NCBI RefSeq assembly: GCF_000091665.1
Contig: NC_000909.1
Span: forward strand, 1,464,118-1,496,117
Length of the DNA stretch: 32,000 nucleotides
Source of the DNA: Methanocaldococcus jannaschii DSM 2661
GTDB lineage: Archaea; AGJL01; Methanococci; Methanococcales; Methanocaldococcaceae
Direction of reading: 5' to 3'
Below are positions 1-11,023 of this stretch, one piece after another. The number at the start of each line of letters is the position of its first letter. The first letter of the stretch is position 1. The notes beneath the pieces were generated by a model, which saw only the letters and a program-made list of their open reading frames with translations, had not been told where the DNA came from and did not search any database. The translations under genes and the position numbers were made by a program.

Positions 1-110
1 GGTTTTACTTCTTTATTAACCCATCTATAAGTCATAAATGCAATAGCAAATAATAAAAATAGATAAATTCCCATAGCTATATAAAATACTTCTGCATTTC
101 CCAATTGCAT
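1..110 (-). CDS. 5' part of a membrane protein truncated by the window edge (MQLGNAEVFYIAMGIYLFLLFAIAFMTYRWVNKEVK...)
   Basis: Open minus-strand frame from ATG (complement of 108-110) to the window edge; hydrophobic stretch; GAGG-like motif upstream; divergent from the dihydroorotase gene. Confidence 0.5.
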   Translation of the reverse strand, partial: MQLGNAEVFYIAMGIYLFLLFAIAFMTYRWVNKEVK

Positions 111-176
111 AACTACCAGCCTCTAAACTCTTAAAGATGGTTAATATTTTTATTTAATACTTTTTATTTTTATTAG

Positions 177-1478
<1,302 letters not shown>

Positions 1479-1552
1479 TAATATAAAAATAGAAAAATAT
1501 ATAAAATCAAAAAATAAAAATTTTAATGTAATTATAATTAAAAATAAACTCG

Positions 1553-1936
1553 GTGAAATATATGGTAAGTTTTGACCAGGAAAGAATGTTAAAACCAGCG
1601 GTAATTGGAGGAATTATAAACGGTATATTGGGGGCTATTTGTTGTTTGTGTTATGTTATTGGTGGTGCTGTTGCCGCTCATCTCTATGTTAATGCTGGAG
1701 GTATTTGCGATTATGAAAACTGTGGATTAGTTGGAGCAATATCCGGAGTTATAGGGGGAGTTATCGCTTCAATTCTAAGCTTTTTATTTATGTCTGCATA
1801 CCTATCAGCGCTTGGATTAAAAGCGGCGATGTTTACTGGGGCCTCATTCATTATTGGATTTATTACAGCAATCATCTTTGGAGCAATACTCGGGGCTGTT
1901 GGTGGAGTTATATATGTTGTTATAAAGAATAGATAA
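1553..1936 (+). CDS. Small glycine-rich multispanning membrane protein
   Basis: 127-aa ORF with GGIINGILGAICC..., several hydrophobic Gly-rich helices. Likely start is the ATG at 1562 or slightly upstream. Confidence 0.8.
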   Translation: MKYMVSFDQERMLKPAVIGGIINGILGAICCLCYVIGGAVAAHLYVNAGGICDYENCGLVGAISGVIGGVIASILSFLFMSAYLSALGLKAAMFTGASFIIGFITAIIFGAILGAVGGVIYVVIKNR

Positions 1937-1944
1937 GTGGGGTT

Positions 1945-2415
1945 ATGAAAAAATATTATTTAATAGTCCTTATTTCTTTTCTTATTTTTTATTTGAGTAT
2001 TTTTTTAGCACCTTATTTTGCATATTTGGGAGAAACATCAAATTTTTGGAAGTTTATTTCAATATGTTTATACGCTGTTTATTCCCTTATATGCCATCAA
2101 ATGCCACAAAGAAGCTTTTTTATCTTTGGACATAAAATGGCCGTGTGTGCAAGATGTTTTGGGATTTATACAGGGGTTTTAGTAGGGATGATTATTTATC
2201 CATTTATTAAGAAATTAGATGATTTTAAAATCCCTAATAAATGGTATTTAATAATTGCATTAATTCCTATGGCAGTTGATGGAACCACTCAACTAATTGG
2301 ATTGAGAGAAAGTTTTAATGAGTTGAGGTTTATAACTGGCTTTATTGCTGGATTTACTGTAGTTTTTTATATTCTGCCGATATTTTTTGAAATGATTTAT
2401 AAAAAATTTAAATAA
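1945..2415 (+). CDS. DUF2085-like membrane protein
   Basis: 156-aa hydrophobic ORF with CHQMPQRSFFIFGHKMAVCARCFGIYTG, characteristic of the DUF2085 family. Confidence 0.82.
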   Translation: MKKYYLIVLISFLIFYLSIFLAPYFAYLGETSNFWKFISICLYAVYSLICHQMPQRSFFIFGHKMAVCARCFGIYTGVLVGMIIYPFIKKLDDFKIPNKWYLIIALIPMAVDGTTQLIGLRESFNELRFITGFIAGFTVVFYILPIFFEMIYKKFK

Positions 2416-2420
2416 TTTTT

Positions 2421-3116
2421 GTGATAACCATGAACTACGACCCAAAAATAATAGAAAGAGGAAAGCTATATTATAGAAACAATTTAGTCAAATACTGCAT
2501 AAAATACAAAAATTTTTTATTTGGGGAGGTTGTTGGCTCAGATACTTATAAAGTTAAAGTTGATTTAGATAATAACTATTTTGGATTATGCACCTGCCAA
2601 TACAAATACAACTGCAAACATGCCTATGCTTTAATTGAAGCTTATGAAAACAACAACTATGTGGATGCAGAAGAAATATTTAAAGAAATAGAAGATAAAC
2701 CTAAAGAAGAGATTTTAAAAATTTTAAAAAATTTGGTTGTTAAATATTATCTATGGGATGAGTTTTTAAATACAGACAGTTTATTAAATAAAGCCATTGG
2801 CTTAATAAAACTAATTCCATTAGAGAGAAAAAATATTTATACATTTAAATCATTTTTAAGAAATCAGTTTGTTAAAAATGCTGATGATGAGGAGTTGATA
2901 AAGGTTATTGATGAGATGATAAGGGCAGATTTGGATTTTAATAATTCTGATATTATTGAGGCATTAACCATAATATTAGACGAAATATTTAGAAGAGAAA
3001 ATAAAGAAGCAATAAAAAAGCTTATAAATTTATATAGAAAGCATAAAAAAGAATTATGGATTGTTGGAGATTATTTAATAGAGTATTATGATAATTACTT
3101 TGATTATGAGGATTAG
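2421..3116 (+). CDS. SWIM zinc-finger domain protein
   Basis: FGLCTCQYKYNCKHAYALIEAY matches CxCx(n)CxH of SWIM domains. The ATG at 2430 is a likely alternative start. Confidence 0.8.
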   Translation: MITMNYDPKIIERGKLYYRNNLVKYCIKYKNFLFGEVVGSDTYKVKVDLDNNYFGLCTCQYKYNCKHAYALIEAYENNNYVDAEEIFKEIEDKPKEEILKILKNLVVKYYLWDEFLNTDSLLNKAIGLIKLIPLERKNIYTFKSFLRNQFVKNADDEELIKVIDEMIRADLDFNNSDIIEALTIILDEIFRRENKEAIKKLINLYRKHKKELWIVGDYLIEYYDNYFDYED

Positions 3117-4234
3117 AGATAGAGGTGTTGTGGAGCTTCTCTTCTATTGCCTAATATTTTCTTCAACGCCCATTCTAAATCTTCCTTGCTAACGTAATCC
3201 CTGTCTTCCAATATTGCTCTATGTAACGCTGGCTTTAGGAATTTCTCTTTGATATCTCTACCGCTAAATCCTTTTGTTTTCTCTACAAACTCCTTCAAGT
3301 TAGCTTTAACTGGAAGTGGCATTTTTTTAGCATAAAGCTCCATAATCTTCAATCTCTCCTCATCATTTGGTAACTTAAACTCAATCTCTTCCTCAAACCT
3401 ACTTCTAATTGCTGGGTCTAACATCGCTGGGTTGTTTGTCGCTGCTATAGTTACAACTCCCTCATTTTCTTTAATTCCATCTAATTCAGTTAATAGTGCA
3501 TTAACTACTTCAGAAACATCTCCTCTCAATGATTGATATTCCCTACTTAATCCTATAGCGTCCAATTCATCAATAAACACTATACATGGAGCACTCTCAG
3601 ATGCTCTTTGATACAACTCCCTAATCATTTTAGAAGCATCTCCAACATGCTCTCCAATAAGCTCTGGAGCTTTCACCAATATAAATGAGGAGTTTGTCTC
3701 TGTAGCTAAAGCTCTTGCCATCAATGTCTTTCCAGTTCCTGGAGGACCATAGAACAACACATTCTTTGGAGCCCATTCTCCAAAGAGCTTTGGATTCTCT
3801 AAATACTTCATAATAATTCTACACTTCTTCTTTGCCTCTTCCTGCCCAATAATCTCGCTGAACTTAGCTTTTTTAAACTGTGTTCTAAGAACTTTTTTAG
3901 GAGTTTGTAATTTAAAGACAGTCTCGCTTGTAATCATTCCTCCCTCTTTTGGATAAGTTGAAATAACCTTGAAAGCATAATCTGGAAGGATTGAGTTATC
4001 AAATAAGTAATCTCCCTCTTTAACAATCTCGCCAATCCACTGGTCTCTCGCATAGATGTTGAATAATATAGGATCATCAGTAGAAACTTTAACGTTCTCG
4101 CTACTAACCCTGATTGGGAATCCCGCAGGCTCTAATACAACGTACTTTAATGATGGTAATGTATCATCGTAAGTTTTAATCTTTGAAAAAGATTTTATTT
4201 TTATTGGATTAAATCCAATTTTACTCATAGTCAA
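3113..4234 (-). CDS. AAA+ ATPase (Cdc48/proteasomal-ATPase-like)
   Basis: Walker A FYGPPGTGKT, Walker B CIVFIDELDAIG, sensor TNNPAMLDPAIRSRFEEEI. Confidence 0.92.
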   Translation of the reverse strand: MTMSKIGFNPIKIKSFSKIKTYDDTLPSLKYVVLEPAGFPIRVSSENVKVSTDDPILFNIYARDQWIGEIVKEGDYLFDNSILPDYAFKVISTYPKEGGMITSETVFKLQTPKKVLRTQFKKAKFSEIIGQEEAKKKCRIIMKYLENPKLFGEWAPKNVLFYGPPGTGKTLMARALATETNSSFILVKAPELIGEHVGDASKMIRELYQRASESAPCIVFIDELDAIGLSREYQSLRGDVSEVVNALLTELDGIKENEGVVTIAATNNPAMLDPAIRSRFEEEIEFKLPNDEERLKIMELYAKKMPLPVKANLKEFVEKTKGFSGRDIKEKFLKPALHRAILEDRDYVSKEDLEWALKKILGNRREAPQHLYL

Positions 4235-4255
4235 TCACCAGTTTAAGTGATGATA

Positions 4256-4350
4256 AATAGGACTTTCGCAGTTTATGTATAAATTTGGAGCTTAGACACT
4301 CAAAGAGTGTCAATATTCAATAAAAATATTTTTCCTGCGAAAGTCCTATT
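4256..4350. repeat. 95-bp intergenic element with 16-bp terminal inverted repeats, copy 1
   Basis: AATAGGACTTTCGCAG (4256-4271) and CTGCGAAAGTCCTATT (4335-4350), with internal hairpin GACACT-CAAAG-AGTGTC (4295-4311). Confidence 0.92.
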
Positions 4351-4421
4351 AATAAGGCAACTATATTTATATTCATGAAGTGATATTAATAATTTACCTT
4401 ACAAAAATAATGGGGGATGAA

Positions 4422-5258
4422 ATGACATCGATGGATATGTTTTTCTTCTTATTCATATTTCTATTATTTATTTATCCAGAGATGATGATGAGATATAGGA
4501 TAATGAAAAGGTTGAGATGTATAAGGGAGATTGAAAGACAGAGGGGAACAAGAGTTATAGCTATGATACATAGACAAGAAGCATTAACATTCTTAGGGAT
4601 ACCAATATATAAATTTATCACTATTGAAGATAGTGAAGAGATTTTGAGGGCTATTAGATTAACACCAGAAGATATGCCTATTGATTTAATCATTCATACT
4701 CCTGGAGGTTTAGCTTTAGCGAGTGAGCAGATAGCCTTAGCTTTAAAGGAACATAAGGCAAAAACAACAGTTATAATTCCACATTATGCGATGAGTGGAG
4801 GAAGTTTAATTGCCTTAGCTGCAGATGAAATAATTATGGATAAAAACGCTGTAATGGGGCCAGTAGATCCACAGATTGGGCAGTATCCTGCTGCATCTAT
4901 CTTAGAGGCATACTATAGGAAGGGAGAAAAAGTAAGTGATGAGACATTAATATTGGTTGATATATCTAAAAAAGCTATTAAACAGATGGAAGAATTTGTT
5001 TATGAGTTGTTGAAAGATAAATATGGAGATGAAAAAGCTAAAGAAATCGCAAAAAAACTAACTTCAGGAACATGGACACATGATTACCCTTTAACAGTTA
5101 GTAAATTAAAAGAATTAGGTATTGAAGTTAATACAAATGTTCCAAGAAAGGTTTATGAGTTATTAGAGCTTTATCCACAACCAATGGGAGCCAAACCTTC
5201 AGTTTATTACATCCCTGTCCCATACAGCAAAAAAGAAAGTGAAAAAAATGCAAAATAA
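4422..5258 (+). CDS. Membrane-anchored ClpP/SppA-class serine protease (SDH/SppA-like)
   Basis: N-terminal hydrophobic segment, [17 protein letters not shown] and [17 protein letters not shown] motifs. ATG at 4422 is preceded by GGGGGATGA, so I prefer it over the 4380 GTG in the ORF track. Confidence 0.87.
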
Positions 5259-5592
5259 GAAAATTAAAAAAGTTAAAGTTGGAAATTTAGAATTTGAAGT
5301 TGTATTGGCAGATAATTTTATTAAAAGAGCTTTTGGTTTAATGCTTAGAGATATTGGAGATAAAGCTATGCTTTTCCTATACAAAAGAAGAAAGATAGCT
5401 ATGCATACATTCTTTATGCTTTATCCTATTGATATAATTTTTATTGATAAAAATAGGGTTGTCGAAGCTGTAAGATTAAAGCCATGGAAAACCTACAAAT
5501 GTAAAAATTACTCAACAGCAATGCTTGAATTTAAGTGTAGTGATATTGATTTAAATGAAATTATTGGAGAAAAAGTAGAATTTATGAGATGA
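5239..5592 (+). CDS. DUF192 family protein
   Basis: 117-aa ORF with [12 protein letters not shown]... and [16 protein letters not shown], typical of DUF192. Confidence 0.82.
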
Positions 5593-6629
5593 TAATTATG
5601 GATTATTTAAAAATCTTAGAGGATTTGGTGAAAATTAGGACGGATAATAGAATTGGTGTTAAAAAGGCATTTAAATATTTATCTAATCTTTTCAATAACT
5701 TAGGAATAAAAAATACTATCATTGAAGGATGCTTTGTAGCATATAAAGAAAAAGAAAACTTTGATTTGATATTAAATTCACATATAGACACTGTAAAGAT
5801 TCAATCAAATTTTAAAAAAGATGATAACAATTTTTATGGGACTGGAGTTATAGATGCTAAAGGGAATGTGGTTTTAATGATTCATGCTTTTTTAAATAGC
5901 AATAACTCTCTATTAGTTATATCTCCTGATGAAGAAACAGAATCAAATGGTATTTACAATTTTTGCCAATATTTAAGAAATAAAAATAAAATTCAAAGAG
6001 GTATTAAATGCATAGTTGGAGAGCCTACTGACTTAAATGTTTGTATTGGACATAAAGGAAGATTTGAGTATATTGTTGAAAGTTTTGGGGAGGCGAGGCA
6101 TGCCTCATCTCAAGGCCTAAATCCAATAGAAATCTTAAGCAGAGTTATTTTAGATTTAAAAAATCTTCCTTTGGAAAAGATTAAGGTTGATAAAATCTAC
6201 AGTTCTTCAATAACTCCAACCATAATAAAAGGAGGAATTCAAAGCAATATCATTCCAGATTATGCTTATGTCTTATTTGATGTTAGAAGTGTTGAAAAAG
6301 ATATAATAAAAAAGATAGACGACTTTTTATCTCAAAAAAATTATTCAAAGCATATAAAAAGCTCATTAAATCCTGAAAGACATTATGCTAATTTCTACAT
6401 GCTTGAAAATAAAGAGTTAATAAATAAGTTGTCTAAGCACTTTAAAATATCATTTTTTAATGCTACTTGCGAAGCATATTACTTCAACAAATTTTTAAAG
6501 GCAGATACTATTATTTATGGTGTTGGCAAATTAGAGCTTGCCCATTCTAAAGAAGAATATTTAAACTTAAATGATTTTGATAGGGGAATTAAAGAAGTAG
6601 AGAAGCTTGCAGAATTGATGATAGAATAA
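5589..6629 (+). CDS. M20-family peptidase / ArgE-LysK-like deacylase
   Basis: [26 protein letters not shown] and [17 protein letters not shown] motifs. ATGA overlap with the upstream stop. Confidence 0.87.
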
Positions 6630-6648
6630 ATAATGATGGGGATTAAAA

Positions 6649-7527
6649 ATGGAGATAAATAAAATCTACTGTATGGATTGTTTAGAGGGAATGAAACAGT
6701 TAAAAGATAAGACAGTTGATGTTGTTGTTACGTCTCCACCCTATAATATTGGCATAAAATACAACAAATACTCTGATAATTTAAGTAGAGAAGATTATTT
6801 AAATTGGATTGAAGAAGTTGTCAAAGAAATAAAGAGAGTATTAAAAGATGACGGCTCATTTTTTATAAATGTTGGCTATACTGCAAAAGACCCGTGGATT
6901 GCCTTTGATGTTGCTAATGTTATAAGAAAACATTTTAAATTACAAAATACTATACATTGGGTAAAATCAATTGCAATACAAAAAGAAGATGTTGGAAATT
7001 ACCCAAATATTATTGGAGATATTGCTGTTGGACATTACAAGCCAATAAACAGTGATAGATTTTTAAGTATAATGCATGAATATATTTTCCACTTCACAAA
7101 AAATGGGAACGTTAAGTTAGACAAATTAGCAATTGGTGTTCCTTATCAGGATAAAAGCAATATAAAGAGATTTAACAGAAAAGGAGATTTAAGAGATAGG
7201 GGAAATACGTGGTTTATCCCTTATGAAACAATCCAATCAAAAGAAAAAGAAAGACCTCATCCTGCAACATTTCCTCCAAAACTTCCGGAGATGTGTATTA
7301 AATTGCATGGTGTTAAAAAGACAAATCTTGTTTTAGACCCATTTATGGGAATTGGAAGCACAGCAATAGCATGTATTAGGTTAGGGATTGATTATATTGG
7401 CTTTGAGATTGATGAATACTATTGCAGAGTTGCAGAGGAGAGGATAAAAAAAGAACTTTTAAAAACAGATGGAAAATTTGATAATGTAAAAAACAAAAAC
7501 ATAATTACTCTTGATGCATTTATTTAA
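6649..7527 (+). CDS. mjaVM: DNA methyltransferase, probably M.MjaV (GTAC)
   Basis: [11 protein letters not shown] catalytic motif and [28 protein letters not shown] motif; adjacent to a PD-(D/E)xK ORF. The MjaV/GTAC assignment is from recalled literature plus local GTAC depletion. Confidence 0.87.
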
Positions 7528-8006
7528 ATAGTGTTCTTAAGATTGTGAACAGTCGTTTTTAGAGAATTTGCTAAATTTTTTATATTTTGAACTCCTGTCG
7601 CAGAACCTTCTAAATTTTCTAATTCACTTTCTATCCTCTTAAACACTTGTTTTGCCACTTTTTTTATTTCATCATTATTACATGGGATAAATACGCCTCC
7701 TTTACGTCCTGGATAAACCAATGTTGCTATGATGCCATACTGTTTTAGTGGTATCAACACTTCATGTTGGAAAGCTTCCCTATTTTTGGGATAATTTATT
7801 CCCTTTATAATATCGCTAATTTTTGCCCTACAATCTATCCCACAATGTCCATTATTTAATAAGTACTTTACTGCTTCAACTTGATAATATTCCTTAGTAC
7901 CTGTTTGAACATTTTGATTTTGAGCAATAAAATTATTTGCTCTTTGTATCCATGGGCTGTTATTACATTTTGGGCAATTTTGGTTTTTATTCCCAGACTT
8001 TGACAT
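7524..8006 (-). CDS. R-M-associated protein of unknown function, with CxxC and winged-helix-like C-terminal region
   Basis: 160-aa ORF with CPKCNNSPW at the N-terminus. SD-like AGGGGGAA upstream of ATG, and TATA-like sequence near 8035-8055. Sits between the methylase and endonuclease genes. Confidence 0.82.
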
Positions 8007-8105
8007 ATTTCCCCCTACTTACTTTATTTAACATTAATATATAAATAAATACATAAATTAATTTTTATGAGTAATAAAAATTGAAGAGAAGATAAGCGAA
8101 TTTAT

Positions 8106-8798
8106 TTATTTTAAATCCTTTTCATAAATAATCAAATCCTTTTTATATAATTCTCTATTAGATGCGTTAAACTCTCTCTTAATTCCTCCTTTTAGTTTAG
8201 ATAAGTCAATTATTTTAAAACCAGTAGCATAATAATCCCTACCTAACTTCTCAATCTTAAATGATAAGCATAAATGAGGAGCATCATATCTTATTTTTAC
8301 CCCTTCTTCATCTTTTGAAGGAGAAGCATAAAAAGTTCTATGGGATGAGTTTATATTTTTCTCATTGAATGTTTTAATTTCGATATAAACAACCCTTCCA
8401 TCCCTTTCTTTCTTTCCTTTATACCAAAATTCAATGTCCGGATAACCCGTTGATTTTTGCTTACCTTTTTTAGTTTTTGGAGTAATTGCATAGCCGTATT
8501 TGTTTAAAACATCTTTAACATAATGCTCAATATGATTGCCAACTTCATTAACTCTTTTTGGTGTTTTTCCTTCCTTAGTTTTTACACCACCAGTTTTTTT
8601 AATCTCTTCAATAACTTCATTACATGCCTTAGCTAAATCGTTAATTAGTTCTTTATCTTCTTTTTTAGATAAATCAATAGGGATAATTTTATAACCACTA
8701 ACTACTCTAATAAAAGTAGAAAATGAAATTTTTTCAATTGGTTGTAGTATTTGCCTTAATATGCTTTCTATTTCTTCATAGTAGCTCTTATCATCCAT
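8106..8798 (-). CDS. mjaVR: Type II restriction endonuclease, probably R.MjaV
   Basis: TGYPDIEFWYKGKKERDGRVVYIEIKTF fits PD-(D/E)xK; gene is in the methylase locus. Confidence 0.8.
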   Translation of the reverse strand: MDDKSYYEEIESILRQILQPIEKISFSTFIRVVSGYKIIPIDLSKKEDKELINDLAKACNEVIEEIKKTGGVKTKEGKTPKRVNEVGNHIEHYVKDVLNKYGYAITPKTKKGKQKSTGYPDIEFWYKGKKERDGRVVYIEIKTFNEKNINSSHRTFYASPSKDEEGVKIRYDAPHLCLSFKIEKLGRDYYATGFKIIDLSKLKGGIKREFNASNRELYKKDLIIYEKDLK

Positions 8799-8821
8799 AA
8801 AATCACCGTAAAAATTTAAAA

Positions 8822-9493
8822 TTAAATCTCCAAATTAGTAATCCTTATACCAGTTCCTTTTGATTTATATTTTATATTTAACCCAATCAATAATGGTGTT
8901 ATAGCCTCTATAATTCTTGATTTTTCTAAATTACCACAATCAATTGCCCTAACTCCATCTATTTGATTAGCTAAATCAATAACTACCTTTTTTGCTTCTT
9001 CATCATTTCCACAAACTAAGATATCGCAATCAACTGGATTATCTAAATCTTCTAAAACAGCGTGACAAACGTTTTGGAAAGCACTAACTACCTTACTCTC
9101 TTTTAATACATTTTGAACCATTTCAGCAACTGACCCATCTGGGGGAAACAACAACCTTGTTGGCTTATCTCCTATTGCAGTTGCCAAAGGAACGCCAATA
9201 GAAACTACTATCTTCCCCTTTAATTCTTCTTTCAATTGTTTTATTGTTGATAGAGTGTATTCATAAGGTAAAGATAGGATAACAACATCCCCTTCTTTTG
9301 CTGCATCTTTATTCTCTAAACCAATAATATCTGCCTCAATTCCTCTCTGTTTCAATATCTCTTTAGCCTTTTTAGCTGCTTCTTCAGCTTTTTCTTTCTT
9401 TCTTGAACCTATGATTATCTTATTGTTTTTAGCCAATCTTAAAGCTAAACCAAATCCTTGGTCCCCAGTACCTCCTAATATTGCTATTTTCAT
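8822..9493 (-). CDS. npdG: F420-dependent NADP reductase
   Basis: MKIAILGGTGDQGFGLALRLA dinucleotide-binding motif and overall length (223 aa) match archaeal Fno/NpdG. Confidence 0.9.
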   Translation of the reverse strand: MKIAILGGTGDQGFGLALRLAKNNKIIIGSRKKEKAEEAAKKAKEILKQRGIEADIIGLENKDAAKEGDVVILSLPYEYTLSTIKQLKEELKGKIVVSIGVPLATAIGDKPTRLLFPPDGSVAEMVQNVLKESKVVSAFQNVCHAVLEDLDNPVDCDILVCGNDEEAKKVVIDLANQIDGVRAIDCGNLEKSRIIEAITPLLIGLNIKYKSKGTGIRITNLEI

Positions 9494-9497
9494 TTTT

Positions 9498-10472
9498 TCA
9501 CCCCAATAAATCTTTTTTTATATCATAAGATTTTAAATCTTCGCTGATAATAATTTTAAAGCTCTCATTATACTGTTTAACGTTCATTTTATATAAGTTG
9601 AAATACTCCTCCTTGTCATATCTTGCTGAGATATGGGTTAAAATTAATGCCTTTACATTTGCTAATTTGGCTATATTAACGGCATCTCCTATTGTAGAAT
9701 GCATATTCTCTTTAGCAGCATCTTTGGCTGAATCATCAAATGTTGCTTCATGGATTAATACATCACATCCCAACTCTTTTAAATATTTCCCAAAATCTTC
9801 TAATGGAAGAGTGTCTCCACTGTAAGCTAAACAAAATCCTTTTTTTGGTGGTAACAAAACATACTCTGGTTTTATTATCTCTCCATAGATATTTTTAACT
9901 GCCTCTCCATTTTTTAGTTTTTTTAAATCTGGGCCAATTTTAACTCCAAGTTTTTTAGCTTTCTCAATATCTAAACGTGGTTTTTTTATTTCTTTAAATA
10001 TATAAGCGTAAGATGGAATGCCATGTTCAGTTGGATAGGCAATTATCTCATAATTTTCTTCTTTATAGATGGTTATTGGCTCTTTTGTATAAATTTCATA
10101 AACTTTTATTGGAAATTCTATATAATGGGTTCCAAGTTTTAATGAGTTCTCTATAATTTCCTTTGTTCCTTCAGGGCCGAAGATTTTAAGCTCTTTCTCT
10201 CTTCCAAAAAATCCCATACTCTGTAAAAGTCCTGGAATGCCCAATATATGGTCTCCATGTAAATGAGTTATAAATATGTGATTAATTTTCATTGGAGATA
10301 CTTCAGTAAAAAGCATCTGCCTCTGGATATTTTCACCACAATCAAATAAAAAAACCTCTCCTCCAAATTTGAATGCTATTCCAATATGATTTCTATTTTT
10401 TGATGGAACTGCCGCTCCAGTTCCTAAGAATATTAGCTTCATAATAATCATCTTTTTGGAGTTATTCCTCAA
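9498..10472 (-). CDS. rnz: Ribonuclease Z
   Basis: FLGTGAAVPSKNRN, FDCGENIQRQM, THLHGDHILG. The true start is probably at MKLIFLGTG or the nearby internal Met rather than 10472. Confidence 0.94.
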   Translation of the reverse strand: MRNNSKKMIIMKLIFLGTGAAVPSKNRNHIGIAFKFGGEVFLFDCGENIQRQMLFTEVSPMKINHIFITHLHGDHILGIPGLLQSMGFFGREKELKIFGPEGTKEIIENSLKLGTHYIEFPIKVYEIYTKEPITIYKEENYEIIAYPTEHGIPSYAYIFKEIKKPRLDIEKAKKLGVKIGPDLKKLKNGEAVKNIYGEIIKPEYVLLPPKKGFCLAYSGDTLPLEDFGKYLKELGCDVLIHEATFDDSAKDAAKENMHSTIGDAVNIAKLANVKALILTHISARYDKEEYFNLYKMNVKQYNESFKIIISEDLKSYDIKKDLLG

Positions 10473-10860
10473 TATTCTCTAAATATTCTTTAACAACATC
10501 CTCGAATTCTAATTCTTCTACCCATTTTTTCATATTGTTGCACCACTCTTCCATAGTCTTTTTTATAATCTTTTTCGTTTCTTCAAATGGAATTGCCTCA
10601 TAAACATAATAATACCCTCCATCTTTTATATTTACCTGCTTTCTCTTTACTAAACCAGCATTCATTAAATTTTGAACTGCTCTCTGAACTGTACTTCTAT
10701 CCCTATTAATTCTCTCAGCAATGTCGTTTATTTTTGAAGGGCCGTTTTTTAAAATATCAAAATAAACTTTGACATCAGAAACTTTTATACCAAAAACACA
10801 TGCCATTAAACTATCAAACGTCCAGGTTGTGCATGGAGTTTTTAATAAAAGTTTACTCAT
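10462..10860 (-). CDS. HTH transcriptional regulator (TrmB/Lrs14-like)
   Basis: KINDIAERINRDRSTVQRAVQNLMNAGLVKR is a winged-HTH motif. Overlaps the rnz ORF start. Confidence 0.87.
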   Translation of the reverse strand: MSKLLLKTPCTTWTFDSLMACVFGIKVSDVKVYFDILKNGPSKINDIAERINRDRSTVQRAVQNLMNAGLVKRKQVNIKDGGYYYVYEAIPFEETKKIIKKTMEEWCNNMKKWVEELEFEDVVKEYLENIEE

Positions 10861-10928
10861 ATTATCACCTTCATGGTTGTGGCATTGGCATTAACTAATT
10901 ATATCATTATATTTAAAGATTATCTTTT

Positions 10929-11023
10929 AATAGGACTTTCGCAGTCTATATTATTAAATTTGGAAAATAGATGCCTTTAGGTATCATTGTTCAATAAAAA
11001 TTTATTCCTGCGAAAGTCCTATT
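10929..11023. repeat. 95-bp intergenic element with 16-bp terminal inverted repeats, copy 2
   Basis: AATAGGACTTTCGCAG (10929-10944) and CTGCGAAAGTCCTATT (11008-11023), with internal hairpin GATGCC-TTTA-GGTATC (10970-10985). Confidence 0.92.

Noticed and set aside
4236-4253. Small imperfect hairpin ATCACCAGTTTAAGTGAT just upstream of the AAA ATPase start
   Set aside because: Five-base arms around an SD-like GGTGAT are expected often in AT-rich DNA; too weak to report as regulatory without conservation.
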